Below are positions 28,149 to 38,043 of a DNA stretch of 39,573 nt, piece after piece; position 1 is the first letter of the stretch, and each line of letters starts with the position of its first letter. Location: the NCBI GenBank assembly GCA_002712045.1, contig PARX01000056.1:1-39573 (forward strand), in the 5' to 3' direction. Under the pieces are notes generated by a model that worked only from the letters and a program-made list of their open reading frames with translations, made no database searches and was not told the DNA's origin. The position numbers and the translations under genes are program-made. The DNA is from Paracoccaceae bacterium (GTDB lineage: Bacteria; Pseudomonadota; Alphaproteobacteria; Rhodobacterales; Rhodobacteraceae).

Positions 28149-29690
28149 ATGAAATTTGATCTTGAACATGACTGGCAAGGTAATATGTCAACACCCAGAA
28201 AAAATCTAGGTGAAAAAACTAAATTACATTTATTTTTTGTACTATCATTAATTTTTCTCTTGACGGGATTAATTGGCCATGAACCTTGGCGACCTCTTGA
28301 ATCAACTTCAATTAGCATTATTCTTGATATTGTACAAAATAATCACATAATTCTTCCAATGGCAGCAAGTGAAGATTTCATTACAAATCCACCTTTATAT
28401 GCCTATGTTGGAGCAGCATTTGGAAAACTTTTTTCACCAATACTTGACTTACATGATGCAGCTAGACTTTCTAATATTTTCTGGCTATCACTTACTTTAA
28501 TAAGTCTTGGCTTAATGACAAGAGAGTTATGGGGACAAGGTTTTGGGCGTCAGGCTGGTTTAATTTTCATAGGATCAGTTGGTTTAATATTAAATATTCA
28601 TAGCTTGATACCAGAAATAGCTACACTTTTAGGTTATACGATGAGTCTTTATGCTTTTTCGTTATATTTTAGAAGGCCTTTTAGGGCAAGTATGGTTCTT
28701 GGTTTTGGATCAAGTATAGCTTTTCTATCAGGAGGTATTGTTCCCTTATTAATTATCTTTTTAACGTCTTTATGTTTGCTAATTTTCAAGAATTGGAGAA
28801 ATAAAAGATATTTTATCTTTATTGCAATTTCATTTGTTATTAACCTCTTGATTATAACTCCATGGTTATTTTCTTTTAATTATTTACAACCTGATCTGTT
28901 TAATTCTTGGTTAACATCTCTAAGATTCTCATCAAAGTTATTATTCAATTATCACCTTCAAGGGATTTTATGGTTTACCTGGCCGGCCCTTCCATTATCA
29001 ATCTGGTTAATTATTAAAGACCACAAAGAAATCTTTAATAAGAAAAAACTACAAATTCCAATTATTTTCTTGCTAGTTTTACTAATTATATTATCAATAA
29101 CAAGCAAACCTAATCAAACAAACCTTATTCCTTTTACTATTCCTTTATCAATCATTGCAGTTGGCGCAATAGATAGATTAAATAGAAGTGCGGCAAGCGC
29201 CTTAAATTGGTTCGGTATCTTAATTTTTGGTTTTATTGGTTTTTTAATTTGGTTGGGTTGGTTTGCAATGATGACTGAGATACCTGAAAAAATTTATGAA
29301 CGTATGTTTTTTCAATCTGCAAATTATATTGCTGAATTCGAATTATTTAGTTTTATTTTTGCTGCAGTTATAACAGCATTATGGTTAGCTTCAATCATTA
29401 AATTTAAAATTACTAATCGATCAGTAATATCCAATTGGGCAATTTGGATTACAATGGTTTGGGTTACATTAATTATGCTTTGGACTCCATTCATTGATAA
29501 TCGTAAAGACTACAAATTAATTTTTACTGATGTAAAACAGCAACTTATAAAAAGTTCGACTTGTGTTTATGTCCATAATCTTTCAGATAGCCAAATAAAC
29601 TTATTACATTACTATACTGGGATTAAAGGTACTGATTCAAATTTAGAAAATAAAGCTTGTAGATTAGCCTTGATCTCATTAAAAAAATAA
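28149..29690 (+). CDS. polytopic membrane glycosyltransferase, ArnT/PMT (GT-C, family 39-like); the ORF may really continue to 29783
   Basis: 513 aa with at least 10 hydrophobic segments. The N-terminal region (LTGLIGHEPWRPLE...NPPLYAY) resembles the first periplasmic loop of ArnT-like enzymes. The assignment is by architecture and motif memory only. An alternative start is Met at 28185. The TAA at 29688 is followed in frame by 30 stop-free codons. Confidence 0.6.
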   Translation: MKFDLEHDWQGNMSTPRKNLGEKTKLHLFFVLSLIFLLTGLIGHEPWRPLESTSISIILDIVQNNHIILPMAASEDFITNPPLYAYVGAAFGKLFSPILDLHDAARLSNIFWLSLTLISLGLMTRELWGQGFGRQAGLIFIGSVGLILNIHSLIPEIATLLGYTMSLYAFSLYFRRPFRASMVLGFGSSIAFLSGGIVPLLIIFLTSLCLLIFKNWRNKRYFIFIAISFVINLLIITPWLFSFNYLQPDLFNSWLTSLRFSSKLLFNYHLQGILWFTWPALPLSIWLIIKDHKEIFNKKKLQIPIIFLLVLLIILSITSKPNQTNLIPFTIPLSIIAVGAIDRLNRSAASALNWFGILIFGFIGFLIWLGWFAMMTEIPEKIYERMFFQSANYIAEFELFSFIFAAVITALWLASIIKFKITNRSVISNWAIWITMVWVTLIMLWTPFIDNRKDYKLIFTDVKQQLIKSSTCVYVHNLSDSQINLLHYYTGIKGTDSNLENKACRLALISLKK

Positions 29691-29784
29691 AAAGAAATAC
29701 CAGCAGAATATAAATTGTGGGGGGAGATTTGGACTGGAAAACGCTTAATTGATAAAAATTATTTTGTTTTATTAAATAAATAAG

Positions 29785-30009
29785 TTATTCTTGCAAATAT
29801 TTTTTTACCGCATCATTAACCATATCATCTAAATTATTATCTTCTGGGTTTGATGAATTGACGTATTTAACAATTTCTTTTCTCATTACAGGAGGCCAGA
29901 ATTTTTTTAAATGTGTTGCAATATCTTTTGTTGCTTGTTCTTTATCAGGATAGCTTTTAAAAAAACCTCCTATTTGATTTGCCATAGTAATTAAATGATT
30001 TTTTTCCAT
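29785..30009 (-). CDS. fdsD: formate dehydrogenase delta subunit (FdsD)
   Basis: 74 aa. MANQIGGFFKSYPD...HLKKFWPPVMRKEI matches the FdsD family signature. It is the last gene of the fds operon. Confidence 0.85.
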   Translation of the reverse strand: MEKNHLITMANQIGGFFKSYPDKEQATKDIATHLKKFWPPVMRKEIVKYVNSSNPEDNNLDDMVNDAVKKYLQE

Positions 30010-30018
30010 TGCAGAATT

Positions 30019-30834
30019 TTACTCTATTATTCTTTCATTGTGACTATAAATTGTATATCTTGACTCTCTAGCAAAACCAATTAGAGTTATTCCTAAATTT
30101 TCAGCTAATCTTATAGCTAAACCAGTTGGAGCAGATATTGCGACCAAAAGCTTTAAGTTTAAATAAGCAATTTTTTGAATCATTTCATAACTTGCTCTAC
30201 TTGATGTAATAATAAAAGAATCTTCGGTGACTTCATGTTTTATACTGGCTCCGATCAATTTATCTAGAGCTATATGTCTACCTACGTCCTCTCGAGTAAT
30301 TTTTATTATTCCATTATTTTGACATAAAGCCGAAGCATGAGTTGCCCCAGTTTTTTTTTGTAATATTTGGTTTTTAGAAAAAATTTCTAATGCTTTTAAA
30401 ATATTTTTAGAATCAAACTGGTGATTTGAGTTTTTTATTTTTGGTATTCTCATTGCTTGAGATAAACTTTCAGCGCCACAAAGTCCACATCCAGTTCTTC
30501 CAGTTAAATTTCTTCTTATTTCTTTTAGATTTGCAAAATTCTCTGATGCTATTTCTATATTCAATTCAATACCATTGTCTTTGTTTTCTATTTCGATAGA
30601 ATATATATCAGATATTTTATTTACAATTCCTTCAGTAATAGAAAAACCTAATGCAAAATCTTCTAAGTTAGAAGGTGTCCCCATCATTACAACATGCGAT
30701 ATACCATTATAAATTAAAGCAATAGGTGTTTCTTCGGCAACACTTTCAACAATTTCTTTTTTTAAAGATGTACTTTTATATGCCTTAGAATTTGTTACTG
30801 ATTCTTTTGTTTGGATAAATTTAGAATTGCTCAC
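30019..30834 (-). CDS. fdhD: formate dehydrogenase accessory sulfurtransferase FdhD (FdsC)
   Basis: 271 aa with the conserved GRTGCGLCG loop and a C-terminal SAPTGLAI motif. Confidence 0.92.
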   Translation of the reverse strand: MSNSKFIQTKESVTNSKAYKSTSLKKEIVESVAEETPIALIYNGISHVVMMGTPSNLEDFALGFSITEGIVNKISDIYSIEIENKDNGIELNIEIASENFANLKEIRRNLTGRTGCGLCGAESLSQAMRIPKIKNSNHQFDSKNILKALEIFSKNQILQKKTGATHASALCQNNGIIKITREDVGRHIALDKLIGASIKHEVTEDSFIITSSRASYEMIQKIAYLNLKLLVAISAPTGLAIRLAENLGITLIGFARESRYTIYSHNERIIE

Positions 30835-30841
30835 TTAAAAT

Positions 30842-33685
30842 TTAATCTACCTGCGCCTCATTCTTTTTTGCAAACTTAATTTGTTTTTCACTAAATTCTT
30901 GATATTTTTCTTGCCATTCTGATGGTTGAGTAACTTTAGTGACTTGAACTGCCGTTACTTTAAATTCTGGGCAATTTGTGGCCCAATCTGAATTGTCTGT
31001 AGTGATAACATTAGCACCAGATACGGGATGATGGAAAGTTGTATAAACAACTCCTGGTTGCACACGATCGGTTATTTTTGCTCTTAAAACAGTATCTCCT
31101 GCTCTACTATTAATACCAACCCAATCTTGCTCATTTATACCTCTATCTTCAGCATCATGCGGATGAATCTCAATTAAATCTTCATCATGCCACTCAACAT
31201 TATTTGTCCTTCTTGTTTGGGCCCCAACATTGTAGTGAGCTAAAATACGACCAGTAGTTAGAATAAGTGGGAATTTATTATTAACGCGCTCTGAAGTCGG
31301 AATATATTCAGTAATAAAAAATTTACCTTTTCCTCTAACAAATTCATCAACATGCATAGTAGGTGTTCCCTCTTTATGATCTTCATTACATGGCCATTGA
31401 ATACTTCCTAATTTATCTATTTTATCAAAACTAACACCTTTAAATTGTGGGGTTAATTGTGCAATCTCATCCATAATTTCACTAGCATGCTTGTAATTCA
31501 TTGGGTACCCTAAAGCATTTGAAAGCATTTGTGTAATTTCCCAATCTTCATAACCATTTTTTGGGGCCATAACCTTTCTTACACGAGAAATTCTTCTTTC
31601 TGCATTAGTGAAAGTACCATTTTTTTCCAAAAATGATGATCCAGGTAAAAATACATGAGCATACATTGCAGTTTCATTCAAAAATAGATCTTGAACAATT
31701 ACACATTCCATTGATTCAAGAGCGTGTGTTACATGTTGAGTATCTGGATCTGATTGAGCAATATCTTCTCCTTCACAATATACAGATTTGAATTTACCAG
31801 AAATTGCCCCATCAAGCATATTTGGTATTCTTAATCCTGGCTCTTCGTAAAGTTTCGTATCCCATGCGCTTTCAAATAAAGAACGGGTTGCTAAATCTGA
31901 TACATGCCTATACCCAGGAAACTCATGTGGGAAAGATCCCATATCACAAGCACCTTGAACATTATTTTGCCCCCTCAATGGATTAATACCAACACCTTCT
32001 CTACCTATATTTCCTGTTGCCATGGCCAGATTGGCTATTCCCATAACCATTGTTGAGCCTTGACTATGTTCGGTTACTCCTAATCCATAATAAATAGCGC
32101 CATTGTCACCTTGCGCAAATAATCTTGCAGCCTTTCTAACTAATTCAGCAGGGATACCTGTGTCATCTTCTAATGTTTCTGGAGAATTCCTTTTTTCTGA
32201 AATAAAATCTTTCCAGTAAGTAAATGCTTCAGATTCACATCTTTTTTTAATAAAATCTTCATCCATTAATTTTTCAGTAACTACAACATGGGCTATTGAA
32301 TTTATAGTTGCAACATTTGTACCTGGTTTAAGTTTTAAATGAAAATCTGCCTTAACATGTGGAGTATTCTTGACTAAATCTATTTCTCTAGGGTCAACTA
32401 TAATTAATTTGGCTCCCTCTCTTAATCTTCTTTTCATTTGAGAGGCAAAAACAGGATGGCCATCTGTTGGATTTGCTCCAATGACCATAATGACGTCCGA
32501 CTTCATGATTGAGTCAAAATTTTGTGTTCCTGAAGACTCGCCTAATGTTTGTTTTAATCCATAGCCTGTTGGAGAGTGACAAACTCTAGCACAAGTATCT
32601 ATATTATTATTTCCATATCCTGCCCTTACAATTTTTTGCATTAAATAAGTTTCTTCATTAGTACATCTTGACGATGAAATTGCACCGACTGAATCAAATC
32701 CATATTTTTTTTGTATTCTTTTAATTTCAGAAGCTGCATAATTGATTGCTTCTTCCCAAGATACTTTTTTCCATGGATCTTTGATACTTTTTCTTATCAT
32801 AGGTGAAGTTATTCTATCTTTATGGGTTGTATAACCCCAAGCAAACCGACCTTTTACACATGAATGCCCATGATTTGCACCACCATCTTTATTTGGTGAC
32901 ATTCTAACAACTTCTTCTCCTTGCATTTCAGCATTAAAAGAACAACCAACTCCACAATAAGCACAGGTAGTAGTAACTGATCTTTCAGGTTGTCCATGAT
33001 CAATAATACTTTTCTCAACAAGCGTTGCTGTTGGACAAGCCTGAACACATGCCCCACAAGATACACATTCTGAGTCCATAAAATCTTTATTTCCTGCAGA
33101 AACTTTCGACTCAAAGCCTCTTGCGTCAATAGTTAAAGCATATGTTCCCTGAGTTTCTTCACATGCTCTAACACATCTTGAACATACAATACATTTAGAG
33201 GGATCGAACGTAAAATACGGATTAGATTCATCCTTTTCTGAATTTAAATGATTTTCACCTTCATAACCATACCGAACATCTCTAAGTCCCACAGCTCCAG
33301 CCATATCTTGAAGTTCACAATCCCCATTCGTTGCACAAGTTAAACAATCTAAAGGGTGATCAGATATGTACAGCTCCATAACCCCTTTTCTGATATCAGC
33401 TAATTTTGGTGTTTGAGTATGGATTTTCAAGTCTTGCTCTACTGGCGTTGTGCAAGATGCTGGATAGCCTCGCTTACCCTCTATCTCTACAAGGCATAAT
33501 CGACATGAACCAAACGGATCTAAACTATCAGTTGCACATAATTTTGGGACAGATACGCCAGCTTCCGAAGCTGCACGCATAATTGAAGTCCCTTCAGGGA
33601 CAGATATATCAATGCCGTCAATATTTAAATCGACTAACTTTTCTGCAGTTTTTTTTGGCGTACCAAAATCTTTTGTATCATCCAT
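30842..33685 (-). CDS. fdsA: NAD-dependent formate dehydrogenase alpha subunit (molybdopterin and Fe-S)
   Basis: 947 aa. It has an N-terminal NuoG-like 2Fe-2S/4Fe-4S region (CRLCLVEIEG, CxxCxxC clusters), then a bis-MGD domain with the active-site ARVCHSPT (Cys, with no in-frame TGA). Confidence 0.95.
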   Translation of the reverse strand: MDDTKDFGTPKKTAEKLVDLNIDGIDISVPEGTSIMRAASEAGVSVPKLCATDSLDPFGSCRLCLVEIEGKRGYPASCTTPVEQDLKIHTQTPKLADIRKGVMELYISDHPLDCLTCATNGDCELQDMAGAVGLRDVRYGYEGENHLNSEKDESNPYFTFDPSKCIVCSRCVRACEETQGTYALTIDARGFESKVSAGNKDFMDSECVSCGACVQACPTATLVEKSIIDHGQPERSVTTTCAYCGVGCSFNAEMQGEEVVRMSPNKDGGANHGHSCVKGRFAWGYTTHKDRITSPMIRKSIKDPWKKVSWEEAINYAASEIKRIQKKYGFDSVGAISSSRCTNEETYLMQKIVRAGYGNNNIDTCARVCHSPTGYGLKQTLGESSGTQNFDSIMKSDVIMVIGANPTDGHPVFASQMKRRLREGAKLIIVDPREIDLVKNTPHVKADFHLKLKPGTNVATINSIAHVVVTEKLMDEDFIKKRCESEAFTYWKDFISEKRNSPETLEDDTGIPAELVRKAARLFAQGDNGAIYYGLGVTEHSQGSTMVMGIANLAMATGNIGREGVGINPLRGQNNVQGACDMGSFPHEFPGYRHVSDLATRSLFESAWDTKLYEEPGLRIPNMLDGAISGKFKSVYCEGEDIAQSDPDTQHVTHALESMECVIVQDLFLNETAMYAHVFLPGSSFLEKNGTFTNAERRISRVRKVMAPKNGYEDWEITQMLSNALGYPMNYKHASEIMDEIAQLTPQFKGVSFDKIDKLGSIQWPCNEDHKEGTPTMHVDEFVRGKGKFFITEYIPTSERVNNKFPLILTTGRILAHYNVGAQTRRTNNVEWHDEDLIEIHPHDAEDRGINEQDWVGINSRAGDTVLRAKITDRVQPGVVYTTFHHPVSGANVITTDNSDWATNCPEFKVTAVQVTKVTQPSEWQEKYQEFSEKQIKFAKKNEAQVD

Positions 33686-33786
33686 ATTTTTTTGCTTTTG
33701 GCATAATTTCTAATGGGATTTTGTCCCAATCATATATAATTTTTATTAAGTTATTAATTTAATTAACTTAAGTTGTAAGTTTATGC

Positions 33787-35334
33787 TTAAGTTTCTGTTT
33801 TTTCAAGTCCGAAATCTCCAGGAAAGTAATTAAGTGCGCTTATAACTGGAAAAGGTGTCATACCGCCCATGGCACATAATGATCCGTTTACCATGGTATC
33901 TCCTAAATCTCTTAATAATGAGACGTTTTTTTCTTGATCTACGCCTTCTTTAATTTTGTCAATAACTTCCATACCTCGAGTCGATCCAATCCTACATGGT
34001 GTACATTTTCCACATGACTCAATCGCACAAAATTCAAAAGAATACCTTGCCAATTTTGACATATCTACTGTGTCATCAAATGCAACAATTCCACCGTGAC
34101 CAACAACAGCTTTAATTTCACTGAATTTTTCATAATCAAGAGGAGTATCAAATTGTTCTTCTGGTAAAAATGCACCTAAAGGTCCACCAACTTGAACTGC
34201 TTTAATAGGTTTTCCCGTTGCAGATCCTCCTCCAAAATCGTATAAAAGCTCTCTTAATGAAATTCCAAATGCCTTCTCAATTAAACCAGTCTGTTTTAAA
34301 TTACCAGCTAATTGAATAGGAAGTGTACCTTTTGAACGTCCCATTCCATAATTAGCGTAAAAAGAAGCTCCTTTGTCCATAATAATTGGAACTGTGGCAA
34401 GTGATATTACATTATTAACCACAGTTGGCTTTCCATATAAACCCTCAATAGCTGGTAATGGTGGTTTATATCTCACCATTCCTCTTTTTCCTTCTAAGCT
34501 TTCAAGTAAAGAGGTTTCTTCGCCACAAATATAAGCTCCAGCAGCACGAGTAACTTCTAATTTAAAAGAAAAATCTGATCCAAGAATATTACTACCAAGG
34601 TAATTTTTACTTAAAGCAATCTTTATAGCTTCATTTAAAACTTCTAAAGCGTTAGGATATTCAGAACGTAAATATATATATCCATGATCTGCTCCAACAG
34701 CAAGTCCAGCAATAATAATTCCTTCAATTAAAACAAAAGGATCATTTTCCATAATCATTCTGTCAGAAAAAGTTCCAGAATCTCCTTCATCTGCATTACA
34801 AACAATATATTTTTTATCTGAAGGAGCATCTAAAACTGTTTTCCATTTTATACCTGTAGGAAATGCTGCGCCCCCTCTTCCTCTTAAACCAGAATCTGAG
34901 ATTTCTTTAACAATATTTTCTGGGGTTAGCTTAATGGAATTTTTAAGCCCATTAAAACCATTTAATTTTTCATATTCATCTATATCTAAAGGGTCTATAA
35001 TTCCAACTCTCGCATAAGTTAATCTTTCTTGATTTTTTAACCACTTTATTTCTTCTGTGATTCCCAAACATAATGGGTGTTTACTTCCTAAGTAAAATTT
35101 ACTATCAAATAAAGAAGGAACATCAGAGACATTTACTGGGCCATAAGCTACTCTTCCATTTTTAGTATCAACTTCAATTAGTGGCTCAAGCCAAAATAAA
35201 CCACGCGAACCATTTCGAACTATTTCTATATCAATATTTTTTTTCTTAGCTTCATTCAAAACTGCTTGATAAACATCATTAGCGCCTAATGATATTGAAC
35301 TTGAATCTCTAGGTATGTAGATTTTGTATGTCAT
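33787..35334 (-). CDS. fdsB: formate dehydrogenase beta subunit (NuoF-like, NAD/FMN/4Fe-4S)
   Basis: 515 aa. Motifs GLRGRGGAAFPTG, ADEGDSGTF and ESCGKCTPCR. Confidence 0.95.
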   Translation of the reverse strand: MTYKIYIPRDSSSISLGANDVYQAVLNEAKKKNIDIEIVRNGSRGLFWLEPLIEVDTKNGRVAYGPVNVSDVPSLFDSKFYLGSKHPLCLGITEEIKWLKNQERLTYARVGIIDPLDIDEYEKLNGFNGLKNSIKLTPENIVKEISDSGLRGRGGAAFPTGIKWKTVLDAPSDKKYIVCNADEGDSGTFSDRMIMENDPFVLIEGIIIAGLAVGADHGYIYLRSEYPNALEVLNEAIKIALSKNYLGSNILGSDFSFKLEVTRAAGAYICGEETSLLESLEGKRGMVRYKPPLPAIEGLYGKPTVVNNVISLATVPIIMDKGASFYANYGMGRSKGTLPIQLAGNLKQTGLIEKAFGISLRELLYDFGGGSATGKPIKAVQVGGPLGAFLPEEQFDTPLDYEKFSEIKAVVGHGGIVAFDDTVDMSKLARYSFEFCAIESCGKCTPCRIGSTRGMEVIDKIKEGVDQEKNVSLLRDLGDTMVNGSLCAMGGMTPFPVISALNYFPGDFGLEKTET

Positions 35335-35807
35335 TAACTGTCTACAGCATCTTCAATAATTTGATCTATTTTTTCTGGTGTAACTCTTCCTATAACTTCC
35401 TCATTTATCATAACTGCCGGTGAACAAGCACAATTTCCTAAACAATAAACAGGTTCTAGTGTAATTAAATTGTCTTCGGTGGTTTCGTGGTAATTGATCC
35501 CTAACTTTTTTTGACAATAATTTTCTAACTCTTCTGATCCCATCGATTGGCAAGACTCAGCACGACAAATTTGAAGGATATTTTTACCTGGTAAATGCGT
35601 TCTAAAATGATGATAAAAAGTTACAAAGCCATGAATTTCTGCAACAGATAAATTATAGGCCTTAGAAATTGGCTGATATGATTCTTCTGGAACAAATCCA
35701 AGATCATCCTGAATAGCATGCATTAAGGGTAATAATGCACCAGGAACATTTTGATACTTTTGTACATGTTTATTTATTTTTTCTATTTGTTTACTTGATA
35801 ATGTCAT
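35334..35807 (-). CDS. fdsG: formate dehydrogenase gamma subunit (NuoE-like 2Fe-2S)
   Basis: 157 aa with the Cys pattern CRAESC...CLGNCACSP. The stop overlaps the fdsB ATG (TAATG). Confidence 0.9.
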   Translation of the reverse strand: MTLSSKQIEKINKHVQKYQNVPGALLPLMHAIQDDLGFVPEESYQPISKAYNLSVAEIHGFVTFYHHFRTHLPGKNILQICRAESCQSMGSEELENYCQKKLGINYHETTEDNLITLEPVYCLGNCACSPAVMINEEVIGRVTPEKIDQIIEDAVDS

Positions 35808-35957
35808 TTTTATATTTTTTCACTTTTTACCTATATTCAACATACAGCTATTATACTTTAAGTTTAAGAAGTCATCTCTATGAGATTTTTATTACTTAAT
35901 TAAGTTAAAATAGTAAAAACACATGAAAGACTATACTCGAACTATTATAGGACCGTT

Positions 35958-36941
35958 ATGCTTACTGATCAGTTCAATAGAAAAATAAATTATATTAGGG
36001 TTTCAGTAACTTATAGATGCGACTTCAGATGTGTCTATTGTATGTCTGAAAAAATGAAATTTATTCCTAAAGATGATTTATTATCATTAGAAGAAATTGC
36101 AAGAATCATAAGAATTTTTAATGAGTTAGGTATTGAAAAAGTCAGAATCACTGGTGGCGAGCCGTTAGTAAGAAAAAATATAGACTGGTTATTTAAAACT
36201 ATACATAAAGAAAATAATTTTAAAGAAATCACATTAACTACTAATGGTAGTCAATTAAAGCAAAAAGCCTTAATGCTTAAAGATTCTGGAGTTGAAAGAA
36301 TTAATATTAGTCTTGATAGTTTAGACCCAAAAATTTTTAATCTTATGACAAGAGTTGGAAAATTAAATGACGTTCTAGAAGGTATTGAGCATGCAAAAAA
36401 AATAGGTTTTAAAAAAATAAAATTAAATGTTGTCCTCATGAAAAACCTAAATGGTCATGAGATTTTTAATCTAGTTGATTTCGCAATTGCTTCAGACTTT
36501 GACATCGCCTTTATAGAAGAAATGCCACTTGGTAATACAAAATTTGATAGAAGTCAGACCTCAATAAGTAATGACAATATTTTAAATTCTTTGCAAACTA
36601 AATACTCCCTTTTAAAATCAGATTTAAATACTGGTGGCCCATCAAAATACTGGAAAATAACTAATTCAAATACAAAAATTGGATTAATATCTCCTCATTC
36701 TCATAATTTTTGTGAAGACTGTAATCGAGTCAGAATAAGCTGTAAAGGCGAGTTATTTTTATGTCTTGGACATGAAGACAAAGTAGAGCTACTCCCATTA
36801 ATTAAGTCTCATCCTTTTGATGATGGTCCTATAATAGAAGCAATAATTAATAGTATGAAATTTAAACCAGAGTCCCATACTTTTAACCTTTTGGATAAAC
36901 AACCTTCTGTTATTAGATTTATGTCGCACACAGGGGGTTAA
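35958..36941 (+). CDS. moaA: GTP 3',8-cyclase (radical SAM, Moco biosynthesis step 1)
   Basis: 327 aa. CDFRCVYC radical-SAM motif, a C-terminal CEDCNRVRISCKG cluster, and a terminal GG. Confidence 0.95.
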   Translation: MLTDQFNRKINYIRVSVTYRCDFRCVYCMSEKMKFIPKDDLLSLEEIARIIRIFNELGIEKVRITGGEPLVRKNIDWLFKTIHKENNFKEITLTTNGSQLKQKALMLKDSGVERINISLDSLDPKIFNLMTRVGKLNDVLEGIEHAKKIGFKKIKLNVVLMKNLNGHEIFNLVDFAIASDFDIAFIEEMPLGNTKFDRSQTSISNDNILNSLQTKYSLLKSDLNTGGPSKYWKITNSNTKIGLISPHSHNFCEDCNRVRISCKGELFLCLGHEDKVELLPLIKSHPFDDGPIIEAIINSMKFKPESHTFNLLDKQPSVIRFMSHTGG

Positions 36942-37520
36942 TTGAAAACTGAAATAGAAGGTGTAATCCTTGCAGGAGGAAAATCAAAAAGAATGGGCTC
37001 AAATAAATCTCTTATTAAGTTAAATAATAAATACCTAATCGAACATGTATACAATAGATTAAATAAACAAGTTTCTCATATATCGATTAATACAAACACA
37101 ATTATTAAGATTTTTCCAAAAAATATTCAGTTCCAGGATCTTATTTCAAATAATACTGGGCCACTTGCTGGGATTCAAGCAGGTTTATTTAACGCAAAAA
37201 ACAACTGGGTACAATTTTGCCCTAATGATAGTCCATTTTTACCCTATAACTTGGTAAATAAATTAAGCAGTTATATTAAAAATAATGGGCCTACTATTAT
37301 AGTACCTTTGCTTTTTGGCCGTATAGAACCTGTATTCATGTTATGTCATCGCTCATTAATCAAAAATCTTGAGGAATTTATTGATACAGGTGGAAGAAAA
37401 ATAGAATCTTGGATAAAAAAAAATAATTACAAAACAGTTCCATTTTCTAACAAAAAAGCATTCACAAATATTAACAATCTTAACGAATTAGAAGAAATTG
37501 AAAAAACAACAAGTAAATAA
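36942..37520 (+). CDS. mobA: molybdenum cofactor guanylyltransferase
   Basis: 192 aa. GVILAGGKSKRMG N-terminal motif and GPLAGI. TTG start immediately after the moaA TAA. Confidence 0.9.
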   Translation: MKTEIEGVILAGGKSKRMGSNKSLIKLNNKYLIEHVYNRLNKQVSHISINTNTIIKIFPKNIQFQDLISNNTGPLAGIQAGLFNAKNNWVQFCPNDSPFLPYNLVNKLSSYIKNNGPTIIVPLLFGRIEPVFMLCHRSLIKNLEEFIDTGGRKIESWIKKNNYKTVPFSNKKAFTNINNLNELEEIEKTTSK

Positions 37521-37530
37521 AAATTCATGT

Positions 37531-38043
37531 GTGATAGGTATTTGTGCATCTAACAGTGGGTGTGGAAAAACAACGTTAATTGAAAAATTAGTTCCAAAAT
37601 TGATACAAAAGGGATTTATTGTTTCAGTAATTAAACATGCCCATCATAAATTTGATATAGATATTCCAGGAAAAGATAGTTTTCGTCTAAGAAAAGCGGG
37701 TGCATATCAAACTTTAGTTTTTAATGATGTTCGATCAGCTGTAATTACTGAAAATATAAATAATGAAGTCAGTTTAGAAAAAGAAATAAAAAAAATTAAT
37801 TTAAATGCAGATATTATTTTGATCGAAGGATTAAAAAATATGGCTTACCCGAAAATTGAAATTTATAGAAATAATATTTCAGATGAAAAATTATATGAAA
37901 ATGATTCCAATATTATCGCAATTGCATCTGACATTATTCTAGATAAAAAAATACCATGTTTTAATTTAAATGATATAAATGGAATAGTAGATTTTATAAT
38001 TGAAAATAAACATAAGTATGAATTTAAATACGATAATGACTAA
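37531..38043 (+). CDS. mobB: molybdopterin-guanine dinucleotide biosynthesis adapter protein MobB
   Basis: P-loop SGCGKTTLIEKL, IKHAHHKFDIDIPGKDS and ILIEGLK. The GTG at 37531 gives an N-terminus the same length as E. coli MobB; the ORF-track TTG at 37498 overlaps mobA. Confidence 0.88.
   Translation: MIGICASNSGCGKTTLIEKLVPKLIQKGFIVSVIKHAHHKFDIDIPGKDSFRLRKAGAYQTLVFNDVRSAVITENINNEVSLEKEIKKINLNADIILIEGLKNMAYPKIEIYRNNISDEKLYENDSNIIAIASDIILDKKIPCFNLNDINGIVDFIIENKHKYEFKYDND

Noticed and set aside
28061-28318. 85-aa minus-strand ORF spanning the rpmE terminator and the start of the glycosyltransferase
   Set aside because: It crosses a clear terminator hairpin and overlaps two plus-strand genes. 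Its translation has no recognisable features.
32854-33129. 91-aa same-strand ORF inside fdsA in another frame
   Set aside because: It is entirely nested in the conserved Fe-S region of FdsA, with no independent signals.
30842-33685. Selenocysteine-containing formate dehydrogenase, and Sec insertion as the explanation for the in-frame TGA in ftsZ
   Set aside because: FdsA is one uninterrupted ORF with Cys at the active-site position (ARVCHSPT). There is no convincing SECIS-like hairpin right after the ftsZ TGA. Sec replacing a structural Gly makes no sense.
33746-33771. Inverted repeat TTAAGTTA-10 nt-TAACTTAA in the fdsB-fdsA spacer, plus the small tggga-ttttg-tccca hairpin at about 33712-33726
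   Set aside because: The stems are short and nearly all A/T, with no flanking T-run, so they cannot be told apart from chance in low-complexity spacer DNA.
35808-35957. Moco riboswitch upstream of moaA
   Set aside because: The 150-nt region is almost pure A/T. I could not find the GC-rich conserved stems and loops of the Moco RNA motif. A cmsearch with the Rfam Moco riboswitch model would be decisive.
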